Assembly (NCBI GenBank): GCA_012295275.1
Contig: CM022668.1
Location: 3,162,001-3,226,000 of the forward strand
Reading direction: 5' to 3'
Source: Chrysomallon squamiferum
Taxonomy: Eukaryota > Animalia > Mollusca
DNA: 64,000 nt
The notes under the pieces were generated by a model that was not told where the DNA came from, searched no databases, and worked only from the letters and a program-made list of their open reading frames with translations. Each line of letters begins with the position of its first letter. Position 1 is the stretch's first letter. The position numbers and the translations under genes are program-made. Below are positions 45,288 through 62,725 of the stretch, piece by piece.

Positions 45288-46114
45288 CTAACCAAAATTC
45301 GTTCTTCAGAGATCCAAATCCAACCATATATTCCTGCCATGTTCTGTAGAAATCTTCGCTACCATCAGTACGACGCTGAAATACCTGAAAACACATTAAT
45401 TTAGTATGTATGTCTGTGTGTGAGTGTGTGTCTGTATAAATATTTGTGTACGTATCGTGCATTTAATGCGTCCATAGATACATATGTCTATGTATGTCTG
45501 TGTGTACATGTGTTTGTATCTATGTATGTATACATCTACATTCGTATACATGTAAATATGCTCACCTATATGTCTGTATAGGTAGTAAGTCAAATGAAAG
45601 AGACAGAGACAGACAGAACACATAACACAGAAACACTTAAAGAGGCTGAGATAGCTAGACAGAGAGACAGACACTAACAAAGACAAAAACAGACAGACAC
45701 TAACAAAGACAAACAGATAGACAGATACTAACAGAAATACAAACAGACAGACAGACACAAACAAAGACAAACAGATAGACAGATACTAACAGAAAAACAA
45801 ACAGATCGACATGAATGAATATATGGGAAGAAAAAGAGACGGAAAAGACTTATAAATGAAGAACTGCAGCAGCAATAACAACAACGACTGAGACGTTTAC
45901 TATGATATAATTAAGTGAGAAAATGTGTTTATTTTTAGTAAGTATATTATGAAAATGACACGTACCAACCAAGTATCGTTCTGACTGTCTTCTAGTTCAC
46001 AGAAAACGTCAATATGTCCTCTTTGGTCTCTAGGATAGATTTGGTAGATTCCGCTCTCAGTTTTGCCTTGTTTTCTTATCTCTTCACAGTCCGCTGGTTC
46101 CGCAACATCTACAG
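45288..46114 (-). CDS. FReD exons 3 and 4, open and with canonical splice sites; downstream exons lost in the gap, upstream exons not found nearby
   Basis: 45966-46114 [49 protein letters not shown]; 45288-45384 [33 protein letters not shown]. Confidence 0.8.
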
Positions 46115-46528
46115 CTAAAAGTCAACATGGTTAAAACTACTACATATGTAAGAACCGGAACAGTATTCACCTGTCCCTCTGTGTCCATGTGGCTGTGTGT
46201 ATATATGTTTCTTTATATCTAAGTATATCCATGTATGTATACGTGAATGTATGTGTGAATGTATGGATGTGTGTGTGTATTTGTATACGTGTTAGATAGA
46301 TACAGATACAGCCACACAAACACGTGTATGTTTTTATGTGTTGGAAAGTTACGTACCTGCAGACACACACAACAAACAAATAAGGAGAACGTAAAATAGC
46401 ATTTCGTCTACAACAAAAACCTTTGTTTCAATCTTTGCGCAAACTATCTATATCCACATAGAAGAACACAGATGACTTTAACAACTTCGAAGTATGAATA
46501 TATGTTTATATATATATATATATGTATA

Positions 46529-46561
<33 letters not shown>

Positions 46562-46873
46562 CATACATACATATATATACATATATTTACTTCCATATAC
46601 ACACACTTCGAAAGTTGGAAAAGCCATCTGTGTTCTATAGTTACTGCGGTATGAGTCACAGAATGACAGTTATTCCATTTAGTTGTAGTAATACCAAAAT
46701 AGCAACAACCATTTTATACTAACACAGATCTCTACACAAACGCAACGATTAAAAAATGGATAAAAACTCAGGATGGTCATTTCTGGAGAAACACGCACTT
46801 GCTGAAAAATTTCTAGAAATCGTCTGTTTAATCGACACACATATATCTATCTATATCTATAAATGTATATATA

Positions 46874-47989
46874 TACTCTTACAAAAAAGAAACGCAATAT
46901 GGTTCATTTCTTAGATAACTATTTTAAACCGACACATATCAATGTACGAACTATGATTATAATGACATTTGGTGATTCAAACGTATAGCTTTTGTTACAG
47001 TCACCAAAAAGCAGATAACACAAGAAAAAGGCTATGATCCTGTTTATCAGCCAAAACGTCCCCGCATGCAAACCACGTTACCGGTGCATGTGCACGTGCG
47101 GCACAAGAGACTTGAATACGAGGGTTATAAAAATGCAAGGTTTTCGAAAATTTGTGTTCGTTATTTTTGTTCTGACCCAAAATCAAACGACTGAGTGAAC
47201 CGCAACGAAACAACGCCCTCGGCCGTTTACAAGCTGTTTTTCTCGGCCGTAGCCCGTGTTCCATGTATCCCGAAGCACCATCTTGAGATTGTGGTGTCGG
47301 TTCCAGCAACACCAAACCACACGTGACCGTCCCAGATCAGGTAGACCACGTGTAACCACCAGGGCCTAGGACCGCTACATACGGGTACTTCATCTTCGGG
47401 AAAGAACCACCAAGGCAATCTCTACCAGGTCTGCGTAGAATATCGGCTCAGACAGTGCGCAATCGTTTACGCGAGTCAGGTATTCGAGCCAGACGGCCTG
47501 TATGAAGATTGGTTTTGACGCAACAACATCGTCGACTACGACGTCAGTGGTGTCAAGTGCACAGAGTCTGGCATCAATTACGATGGAAATCTGTCTGGTT
47601 TAGTGACGAGACTCGATTTCTGCTTCGTCGAACTGATGGAAGATGTCGAGTTTACAGACGTCCTGGTGAACATTTTGCTGCAAACTGCATAGAGGAAGCG
47701 GACAGAGTTGGCGGTGGTAGTGTGATGGTGTGGGCAACAACCTCATACACTGGCAGGACCAACCTGGTTCACATCCCAGGCAACTTAACGGCACAGAGAT
47801 ATCGAGATGAAATTTTATGTTATACTGTTATAACCCTGAACTTTAACCTTTTCAATGTAATGCATCAGTATTAATGAATTGCGAAAGTGTGTGTAAAATG
47901 TGAACATTCTGCTGCTTTCTGTTCATCCATTAGACAGATATTCCCAATGTCAATAAAATCTACTTTTCCGTTTCTTTTTTGGGAGAGTA
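46874..47989 (+). mobile_element. Tc1-family DNA transposon with a degenerate, 3'-truncated transposase
   Basis: tactcttacaaaaaagaaacg ... cgtttcttttttgggagagta TIRs in a (TA)n context; RSGRPR, TVRNRLRE, VWFSDETRF, GGGSVMVW, LTAQRYRDEIL motifs. Confidence 0.9.
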
Positions 47990-48376
47990 TATATATAGCT
48001 ACCTAACACTAACATCTAATGGACATTTATCTATATCTATACATAAAAACATACATATAGATATAAAGTGCCCACAAGTGTCGTAACAGCCACAAATGTT
48101 TACTAATTTGTGCTTTAAAATTTAAAATTATATATTCAAGTATTTATTCATGAAAAATAACTATATACAATAATCCAAAGTAAGTAGAAAGAAAAAACAA
48201 CTATTTTAAATTGTGGAATCTTTATAACAAACATATGCCGAAAATATGCCATTTATTACTGAGATATAGCGCCATTATTCTGTTCATTGTCTGTTAGTGG
48301 ATATAACACTCCTTTTTTCTCATTATACATGTATGAATACGTTATTGATACAGAGCAGCTGTATCCTAGAGAGTGA

Positions 48377-48436
<60 letters not shown>

Positions 48437-48704
48437 ATTTCATTATTTAAAGAATGTTTGCGAATGGGACAGCTTATTGCTGAAGACGCACGACAGTCTT
48501 GTTAATACTGCGTTCTGCTAACAGTTGTCATACAAAGAACAGTCACTGCTTCTTCATTGCAATTAATATTGTTAAGTAATGTTGTTAATGTATATATACG
48601 ATACTATGATATATATATATATATATATAGCATATAGCACGGTCCTTTGATGTAGCATTTATTAATCACTGGTTGAACACATGACATAACTAAATGAGAT
48701 AAAG

Positions 48705-48990
48705 AGAAACATGCTTTATTTAACGACACACACAATACATTGTATTTATGGTTATATGACGTCAGACTTGTGTTTAATGCTCATTATGATAGAAAGGAAA
48801 CCCGCTACCGCCACATAGCCTACTCTTTACGATTAGCAGCAAGGGATATTTTATACCCACCATCCTGCAGACAGGACAGGATATTCTGTGGCCTTTATTA
48901 CCTCAACTGTGGTGCCTGGCTGGAACGAGAAATAGCTGAATGGGTGCACAAGGAGAGATCGATCTGACGACTCACCGCACCATGAGTGGA
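48705..48990 (-). mobile_element. tRNA-derived SINE copy (resembles molluscan MetaSINE-type elements), 5'-truncated and diverged
   Basis: aggaaacccgctaccgccacatagcctactctttacgattagcagcaagggatattttata...acagg core and ggctggaacgagaaatagc; recognised from memory only. Confidence 0.65.
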
Positions 48991-49240
48991 TATTTCCTCA
49001 ACAAACGGATTATGCACATATTTTTTACTTTCGAGGCTACTTCACGTAAAATCTCTGTATTGCTCTTCACAAAGGAACTTACAAAACGTTGACTATTTAG
49101 AAGGTGGTCGTTATATACAATTAAAATACTGCGGTATCAGTTACAGAATGACAGATTGTTATTCCATTTAGTTGTAGTAATAACAAAATACTAACACCCA
49201 TCTTATACTAACACACACACACACATCTACACTAACACAA

Positions 49241-49358
<118 letters not shown>

Positions 49359-50340
49359 GTATGTGTCTCTGTCTATCTCCACTGCAAGTACATTAAACAT
49401 GTCTACGTTTTAAAATATTCTACTCTGTGGTTTATTACTGGAAATACTATCTCCTATCTGTGTACATCTGTGCTGACTGAAACACTTTGTCCTTGAAGTG
49501 AAACCTTTTTTCAATGTTTTATATTATGCTAAATGATATTTACAGACTGACGTAGTTTATTCCTTAAAGAGGTGTCTCATGCAATCAATTACAATTCAGA
49601 TATTCTTGTGTTTTCAGAAAAACGTGTTTTTTCATTATTATTTTTTATTTTTTATTTTTTTTTTTTTCACTTCTTTTGTTATTATTTATTCATTTATTTC
49701 TTTACTGTTTAATTATGATTATTATTACTACTTTTATTATTATTTTTAATTATTATTACAAATAGGATGTACTAATATTTTCAGGAAACAACAAGAAAAG
49801 TTACATCCTTCATGCACAATAACAAAAATTATAAAATATATATTTTTAAAATACTTTTTATTGTTCTACTGACCTGTCATAGATGATAAGAAAGTATCAC
49901 ATTTACAAAACATTAGAATATGACCATTTTCACACTTTTCAACTGGACTGATGCCCTTATTGCATGCGTTTGAAATGGCAGATATATTTATTTAATTTTG
50001 ATTGCATTACACGGAATATTTTGAGTAAATTAGTCAGGTGTATACACGAAAACATCACGACTACAGTAAATTTGTGTAACATAAAAAAATGAATAGTTTA
50101 AAAACATCAGTGTATCGTCCTTTTTTTTCTTTGTTTTTTTCCCGGACTTCTGATAACAGTTCTTGTATTGCGGACTGATTTGATTTAACATTTTTTATAG
50201 TTTCGTTTTAGAAACTACTGCTATAAGTCCGTTACGTAAGCCATTATATGACGTTCAAATGTTTCGTAAACAAAAACTAAATAATTATTGTAAACATTTT
50301 TCTTCTTCTTCTTCTTCTTCTTCTTCTTCTTCTTCTTCTT

Positions 50341-50371
<31 letters not shown>

Positions 50372-50674
50372 TTATTATTATTATTATTATGATTATCATT
50401 TGGTTAAACCATTTAAAAAATATCTATCCATTTCTGCATAGAAGAACGCAGATGGTTTTTACAACTTTCGAAGTATGAGTATATGTACATATATATTACA
50501 CACATACATATACATACATATATTTACATACATACACATACTTCGAAAATGCTGTGTTCTTCAGTTACTGCTGTATCAGTCGCAGAATGACAGATAGTTA
50601 TTCCATACAGCAATATTCACCTAAAACTAACATTTAAAAATATTCTCTCTTTTTCAACTTGTGTCATTGATTTC

Positions 50675-50799
<125 letters not shown>

Positions 50800-52190
50800 A
50801 AGCATACATGTACATACCCAGATAAAGACCCAAACAATAGAAATCGAGACCAAACTTGTTACTAAATAACAAATTTGTATTTATTAATTGTTGTTGTTGT
50901 CGTTTTTTTTTTTTTTTCTTTTATCCGCGTTTATTATTATTATATTTTATTTTTATTTATTTATTTTTTATTTTTCCTTTTTCGTTTTTGTTTCTTTCTT
51001 TTTCTTACATAGCATATCATGAAAACCTCGTAAAAGTAATTTTATTGAGTTCTGACATTAATTTATAATAAATATTACATTCGTTGATCACAGATTCAAA
51101 TTCAGTTATTTATTCCTACCATGGTCACATATATATTTTTTCTTTTCATTATTATTTCGTCTTTCTTCTGTTTTTTTTATCATTCTTTCTTTCTATTTTT
51201 TTCTTTTCGTTTCTTTCTTTCTTACATGTTTCTCTGGACCTTCTCAACCATTACTTAAAATAGTTTAGGTCCAAGATTTCAACATTTAATATTTATTTAT
51301 TCATTCATTTATTCATACTTTACTTGTATTCCTACAGACGATTTTATAGAGTTTTCTTTCTTGACCTGTTATCTTTTATAGCTGTTTATCAAACACAAGA
51401 CACAATATGAAAGAAGACAAGTCTAAATGTTCCGTTTAAGTAATCTATTCTGAGTAATACATTTTTCTTATATTTATTACACTGAATATTTATTTGTGTA
51501 TTTGTTTTTATTTATTTATTTATTTGTTTGTTTGTTTGTTTTTTTCCTTGTTAATTTTAATTTTTCAAAATTTCCTTTAATTTTAATTGTTGTTACTGTT
51601 GGTGTCGTTGGTATATGTGCGTATATATGTATGCATATTATTATTATTATATTATATTATATTATATTATATTATATTATATTATATTATATTATATTAT
51701 ATTGTATTATATTATATTACATATTTACTTTCAACGAAATCTTTCATAGCTCGATAACACGTGTTACGTTTTTCTCATATTATAAAAAATATATATGTAA
51801 AAGTGTATATTTATTGCTGGCAATATAAATTTATACCTCTGCTCTTTCATTGCTCTGTGTGACATTCTACGCTGATAAAAACAAAAAGTATCACAATAAA
51901 ATAAGACTGTTACAAAACATTTGAATATGACCATATTTACACTCTACAATTGGACTGATGACGTCATTGCATACGTATGGAATTACAGATGTATTTATTT
52001 AATTTTGTATACATTACTCGGAATTTTTGGATCAGATTAATCAGATCTATAGATGGAAATATCAGGACTATAATAAATTAAGAGTTAATTATGCTGTGTA
52101 ACATAAAAAAATGAACAGTTGAACAGTTTAAAACTATCAGTGCGTCGTTTTTTTTCTAGACACGTCTTATCTTGCGGGCTGATTTATTTT

Positions 52191-52226
<36 letters not shown>

Positions 52227-52483
52227 CACACACACCACACACATACATACATACATGCATGCATACATATACATGGTTATAGTTATAAATACAAAGACAT
52301 GTCAAATTTGTGTTTAATATTGTATTTTTTGGTTTCATAAACATCTATAAAAGTAACAGATCACAAAAGACAACTTTCTATAATCGTTTGTGGGAGGACA
52401 GCTAAATTATCAATAAATAAACAAGTAAATAAACAAACAAACAAACAAATAAATAAATAAATAAACCATTACATAAATAAATA

Positions 52484-53203
52484 TAGAGGTACCTTGACTT
52501 AATTCGTACTGTGACCGAGCTCGTAACTCAATTTGCTCGTATATCAAATTACTTTAGACCAACTGAAATGAATTGAAATACCATGAATCCGTTCCAGCCC
52601 CCCAAAACCACCTCATTTTTTGTAACGTGTTTTTAAATAACAAATATCCAGTTATAAATGACAAATGTTGTATAAAAAAACAAAATAAAAGAGAATGTAA
52701 AGAAATAAATATGTTTTGTAAAATGTTTTTGTCTTAACGGCTTTGGCTGAACTTACATCGTTTATAGACTCCTTCTGCTTCAGTGTGGTACTACGCTCGT
52801 ACTGTCTAGCCGAATCGACTACATGCACACCTCGCTCATGTTTTTCTATTATTTCATCCTTTAATTCAATGGACATCATCCGCTCCTTCTTCTCAGCACT
52901 GTCCTTTGCAGTCACTTTCTTACGATCCATGTCAGAAATTTGGCAAAATACTGCACAAAACGTGAACACAACACAGCAGAACAGAGATGCTTCCGTGGCG
53001 AGGTAACCACGTGAAGGAAACCTGTGAGACGTCGGATGTTTTCCGAATGCTATGTTGTTTTTTTCGCCAACTAGTGGCGGCGTTGCTGAAGCTGCTCGTA
53101 ACTCGGATTTTGGCTTGCAACTCAAAGCAAAAACTCGATCAAGCGAATGCTCGTAACTCGAAACACTCGTACGTTGGGGCACTCGTAAAGCAAAGCACCA
53201 CTG
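52484..53203 (-). mobile_element. Tigger/pogo-like element, internally deleted, retaining the N-terminal HTH coding remnant
   Basis: tagaggtaccttga ... caaagcaccactg termini; MSIELKDEIIEKHERGVHVVDSARQYERST resembles a CENP-B/pogo HTH. Confidence 0.8.
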
Positions 53204-53418
53204 TGTGTCTGAGTGTGTGTATTATTACAAAAAATGCAAGATAATCATAATTTTATTATTGACACTAATAATGTAGAAACAAATTTCTTGTTTAAAATGA
53301 AAAAAAACAAATATATTTCAATAAATGTAACGAACGTACAGAACGAACAAGAAAAAATACATCCTTTATACATGCTCTTTAGCACGATAATAGGTGTTAA
53401 AGGTTTTCTCATATTATA

Positions 53419-53454
<36 letters not shown>

Positions 53455-54062
53455 AGAAATCTATCTTTATTGCTAGGAATAAAAAGTATTAATATCTCTT
53501 GTCAAAGCTGATAACAATGTGTATGATATCAGAATAAAACCTTTTTAATATGACAAATTATTTATATCTGTAGACTTATTGTTCAACAAATTATCACAAT
53601 AAAATAACACTGTTACAAAACATTAAAACATGACCCTTTTTAGCCTTTACGACTGGTCTCGACTACTATGATGAGCACGACACTGAAATCCAGCCTATCA
53701 CATTACTTTAGTATGCATGTGTGTATATGCATGTATGTATGTGTGTAATAAGATAAAGAGAGACAGAGACATTCAGAGACTCAGAAAACGTGACATAGAA
53801 ACACACATAGAGATAGAGCAGGCAGAGAGAGACACATATGCATATGGATAGATTGAGAGTGACAGGCGGATAAAAGAATCAGACAGACAACTGAATGGAT
53901 GGGCAGATAGAGTCAGACAGAGAACAGATATAAATCATAATAATAATAAGAATAATAGCAGCAGCAACAAGAACAACGACTACGACGATCACTATGATAT
54001 AATTAATAGAGGAAAAAAATATGTTTATTTTTAACAAGTATTATTTTAAAAATGACACGTAC

Positions 54063-54205
54063 CAACCAAGTATCTTTCTCACTGACTCCTAGTTCACTGT
54101 AGACGTCAATGTGTCCTTTCTGATCTGTAGGATAGACTCTGTAGATTCCGCTCTCATTTTTACCTTGTTTTCTTATCTCTTCACTGTCCGCTGGTCCTTG
54201 AACAC
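54063..54205 (-). CDS. Orphan FReD exon 3, open, with both conserved Cys replaced by Ser
   Basis: tctctag|GT GTT ... TGG TTG|gtacgt; [47 protein letters not shown]. Confidence 0.65.
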
Positions 54206-55089
54206 CTAGAGAGAAAAGCCGTAAATCTACTACATATGTAAGCATCAGAACAATAAACATCTGTGTCTGTGTATGTATATATGTATGTATGTGTCTACAA
54301 ATGTAAGAATGTTTGAATGTACGTATGGATGTATGCATGTCTTTACGTTTGTATGTATATGTGTTAGAGGTAGGAAGTGAGAGTGTGTGTGTATGAGAGA
54401 GCGAGAGAAATAGATTCAAGGAGAGATAGAGCCTGACAGACTCGTATATAAGAAAAGATACCCTAAACACGTGTGTCGGGGGTGGGGAAGTATTCACGTG
54501 CGGATACACACACCAAACAAGTAAAGAAGACCTTAAATAAAATTTCTTCTACACCACGTAAATGTCTGTTTCAAGATTTGTTGAACAGTTCATAAAAGTC
54601 GTTAGTTTAGCACACACACACACACAACCAAAACGTTTAGCAAGTTTTTGTAAATGACTATTTCTTCCAATCAAATTAAAATAAAGTGTTAAAACTTGTT
54701 AATGTGTTAGTTGTGTATTTCCTGTCGCTTTGGGTAATGAAAAGAACATTTGTCATATCACACGCCGTTATGTGTACTGCATGTGCAAACGCCATCCGCT
54801 CGTGCTGTCGCAGAAGCGCGTGCAACACGGATGTACCCAAAACATATTTTAATTATTTCTTTACACATTGGAGAAGGGGAACAAGTAATAAGAAAGAAAT
54901 AAAAAGCAAAACGGAAAGAATAAAAAGAAGGATAGAAAGTGACAAGAAAAGAAAGAAAGAAAGAAAGAAAGAAAAGCAGTAATGAAAAGAAAGAACGAAA
55001 GAAAGAAAAGAAAATAAACAAAAAATAATAACATTTCCAGTGTTCACATAGTTCGTCAAAATGCTGACTACTAGAAGAAGGGTAAAAGA

Positions 55090-55200
55090 CTGAACAATAA
55101 ATCTCTGATTATTTGTGTGTTGGTTTTAACATGTCTGACTGTAGCACAGACACACCTTGACCACTGGGGGTGGGGATATGACGACGGGCTTAGAACATAA
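55090..55200 (+). pseudogene. Decayed FReD exon 1 (no ATG, donor lost); inverted paralog of the 30.4-30.9 kb segment
   Basis: tgtgtgttggttttaacatgtctgactgtagca...cactgggggtggggatatgacgacggg. Confidence 0.8.
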
Positions 55201-55575
55201 AGTTTGTTTTATGTTTAATTTGTACAGATTTTCTGATATTGTTAGTGTCATATCTTTCGGACTGCAATTACTACTACTACAACGAGTTCTATAAATAAAA
55301 CTACTATTATACCACAATTATTGCTACCTGAACAACAACAACAATATTATTATTATTATTACTACTACTACTACAAGGAAACTTTGAAGCATTGAGAATG
55401 TATTTACATTATTTACTTTTAATCGCAGAGCTTTCTTTAAAATAAAACAATGAATGAGACAGTGAATACGTGAAATACGAATCATTTTTGACTTTGAGAA
55501 ATGTTCTCACATTTAGAACGATACAAGTGCAATAAATAATCAAGTGATTGAAAAAACAGCTAGAAAACAGCAACA

Positions 55576-55654
<79 letters not shown>

Positions 55655-55670
55655 GTGAAATAAATAACTA

Positions 55671-55713
<43 letters not shown>

Positions 55714-55834
55714 TCAATAATAATAAAAATCACAATAATAAATAAATAACAAAGGTACATTAATACAAAGAAATATGGGGTTACAGTAACAAACACAAAT
55801 CAACACAAAAAATGTTGTATTTATTTATTTATTT

Positions 55835-55940
55835 ATAAGAAAACAAGGTAAACGGGTTCTACCGAGTGTATCCTAGACATCCAACAATACATACTGACTT
55901 TTACTGTGAACTAGGAGTCAGTGAGAACGATACTTGGTTG
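55835..55940 (+). pseudogene. Decayed, 5'-truncated FReD exon 3
   Basis: ataagaaaacaaggtaaa...tactgtgaactaggagtcagtgagaacgatacttggttg|gtacgt. Confidence 0.8.
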
Positions 55941-56076
55941 GTACGTGTCATTTTCAAAGTAAAACTTGTTAAAAATAAACACATTTCTTTTTTTTTTTTC
56001 TTTCTTTTTATTCACATAGATTGAAGGGAAGTACTTCAATTACTTACCGGACAGTACATCCGACAGTAAAATGAGC

Positions 56077-56268
56077 AATAGGACAATACCTAACTAACAA
56101 GATGATGAATAGGACAATATCTCACCAATAAGATGATAAATAGGACAATATATCACCAATAAGATGATAAATAGGACAATATCTCACCAGTAAAATGATA
56201 AATAGGACAATATCTCACCAGTAAAATGATAAATAGGACAACACCTCACCAGTAAAATGATAAATAGA
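56077..56268. repeat. 31-bp tandem repeat, ~6 copies
   Basis: Unit gataaataggacaatatctcaccagtaaaat. Confidence 0.9.
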
Positions 56269-56638
56269 GAAACACGTGTAGAGAAAGAGCAGACAGAGAT
56301 AGACATATAGACCGACAATATCAGACAGTCAAACTATCAAAAAGACAGATAGACAAAGATAGAAAATGCACAGACAAACAGATATGCGGATAGCGAGAGA
56401 AACAGGTAGTGACGTAGAAAGAGAGAGGCAGATAGAAGAGTCGGACAAACAGACAACTGAATTGATGGATGAATGTATGGATGGGCAGAGAGAGAGACAG
56501 AGAACAGACATAAATCATAATAATAATCAGAATAATAAAAGAATCAATAAGAACAACGACAACGACGATCACTATGATATAAGTAAACGAGAAAATGTGT
56601 TTATTTTTAACAACTATTATTTTATAAACGACACGCAC

Positions 56639-56682
56639 CAACCAAGAATCGTTCTCAATGACTCCTAGTTCACAGTAAACGT
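56639..56682 (-). pseudogene. 3' fragment of FReD exon 3, followed by intron sequence homologous to 53750-54060
   Basis: Reverse complement reads acgtttactgtgaactaggagtcattgagaacgattcttggttg|gtgcgt (VYCELGVIENDSWL). Confidence 0.75.
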
Positions 56683-57372
56683 TGTAATTCCTGTTATTCC
56701 ACCAAAACTGTTAGAATATTCGGACACTAATTAAATAGAAACATTTTTCTTATATAAAATAAAGGAATTATTTAAATTAATGTAACGAACGTAAAGAAAG
56801 AACCAGAAAAATCACATCCTTCATGCAGGTTCTGCTAACTCGATGACACGTCAACGATCACAACAAAGCATCACAATAAAATAACACTTACGAAACATTA
56901 GAATTTGACGTTTTTAACCCTTTGCAATTAGAGCCATCAATTCACTGAGTACGAATGGAATGACAGATTTATTTATTTATTTATTTATTTATTTATCTAT
57001 TTGTTTCTCTGTTTGTTTGTTTGTTTGTTTGTTTCAATTTAAGTTAGTTTAATTTTATTTCATGTAATTTTATTAGATTTAATTATAGCAAATTATATGG
57101 CAAAAAGGAAATCCTGTGAAAAAAAAGTCTGAAAAAAAGTCACAGTCAAAACGTTCCTATGTCATATTTAACTGAGATTCGTCACACAGTTCCATTATCA
57201 TTATAAATAGAGAGGAATGAAATTAAATTGGTGGGAATAACAGATATTGTTGTTCAGCATGCTATGGTTTAACACACAGAGACAGGCAGACACACAAAAA
57301 CTCTCACATCTAATATAATTAAAAAAACAAAACAAATATATCGCAGCTAAGAACACTTTATTCAAATTATGA

Positions 57373-60733
<3,361 letters not shown>

Positions 60734-61034
60734 TTTCAGTCTTTTCTCTTTCTTGTAGTCAGCAGTTTGTCGAACTGTGAGAACACCGAACAATATGAGA
60801 CTTATATATGTTTCTTCTCTCACTTTTTTCTTTGTCAACGTGTACAGAGAAAAAAATACTACGTTCAGTGTATAATAAAGTTTACTTTTTGTGTTGTTTC
60901 CAAAGGTCAATGTCAGCCTCTTATCTCTTATTTATATCAGTTAAGATATTGAGGTAGATTTCTGTGCAGATCAATAATAATAAACTTTATATCTTGATTC
61001 ATATGTTACTTGATTAAACAAACAGAGAATAACA

Positions 61035-61140
61035 CATTTTTGATCTCTAGCGTAGTCTCGGTAGATGTTGCTTTCATTTTTGTTTTCTTTGTTTTCTTAT
61101 TTCTTCACAGGCCGCTGATGAGGAATATCTTCACAGTTTT
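61035..61140 (-). pseudogene. Decayed FReD exon-3 relic (mirror of 42620-42740)
   Basis: tgatctctagcgtagtctcggtagatg...tcttcacaggccgctgatgaggaatatcttcacag. Confidence 0.7.
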
Positions 61141-61536
61141 AAATTAATTAATTTTTTTTTTTTTTAATTATTTTGTTATTAGTATGCATATTTGTATTAG
61201 TTATTACTGTCGTCATAATTATTATCGTTTCTGATATATCTGTTACTGACATTATTTGAAAACAAATTTTCCACAGAATGGATTTTATTTTATTTTGTAT
61301 TTTATTTATTTATTCTTTGTTTTCAAAGTTTTACGTGCGATTTTTTTTATTTCGTTCAAAGCTGTTAACTTTTTATTTTTTTTTAAATGACACGTACCAA
61401 TCAAGTATCGTTCTCTAGCTATGTGCGTGTGGTACGAATGTGCGTGTAGTGATTTGACACCAAGAGAATGCGTATGTGTCTTTTTACTTTCTCTCAGTTG
61501 CTGTATATCATTTATTAGAGCTCTTCCATCTTTGAT

Positions 61537-61610
<74 letters not shown>

Positions 61611-62062
61611 GTGTGTGTGTATCTCTCTATCTCAAGTCGATGTACACTACAACATGTTTACATTTTAAAATATTCTGCTTTGTGGTTGATTATTGGAAAT
61701 GTTATCTCCTATCTGTGTACAATCTGTGTTGACTGAAACATGTTGTCTTTGAAGCAAAACTTGTTTCAGAGTTTTATAGATGACATTTACAGAGTGACAT
61801 ATGGTATTCGTTTAACAGATATCTCATACAATAAAATACACATCAGATATTCTCTTTGTGTTTCTAGAAAAACATTTTATTTATTTATTTACTTATTTAT
61901 TTATTTATTTAATTTAGCCCATATACTTTAAAATAATGTTTACTTTTAGCTGAAATAAGGAAATAAATTCACCGATGTCCCTTACCAAAAGGACTCTAAC
62001 CATTAAGCGTTAATAGATGGGAACGTTAGGTGTCGGTTTTGTTATTATTACTATTACTGTTA

Positions 62063-62132
<70 letters not shown>

Positions 62133-62529
62133 CAGCTGTTTTTACTTGTTTAATTTTCTTTAAATAAAAACGTAATTTTATATTATATTTATATTATGTG
62201 ACACAATCATATAAACCTGACATTCACAACCTGTTTACAAAATACACTGTGTCTATGAATCTCAATACTCTCATATTATAGAAAATATATTCCCTTTAAA
62301 CAGAATAACTTTTATTCTTAATAGACGGTTTTTTCATGACAAGTCTGTTAATGACGATGTAATAAATATTTGATATAAAGTCACAGCAGAAGAGGTTGTA
62401 TAATTTTCTACTTTTCATTATTTTTATCTTTTTAGGCCCCAGAATGTAAATTAGAAAAAAAAATGGACAACAAATTATTAGTTAGACTTAGCAAATTTCA
62501 TATTTAGGCTCTGATCTTTTTGGCGTATA

Positions 62530-62725
62530 CAGGTACCGGACCAATTATCCGGACTCCTTGGGGCATAAGGCATTCCGAATTCCTGGATTTTCCGGTTTTC
62601 TGCTACCAAAGAATCTAAATACGTAAATAACCCGGCGCCTCGAACAAAAGTAGCGTCGGGAAATTTGTTTCCAATTTTCTGTTTTTTCCGGATTTCCGGA
62701 CGCCGGATAATTGGTCCGGTACCGG
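62530..62725. mobile_element. MITE, mirrored copy of 39489-39684
   Basis: TA|caggtaccggaccaattatccgg ... ccggataattggtccggtaccgg|TA, near-perfect 23-bp TIRs. Confidence 0.85.
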
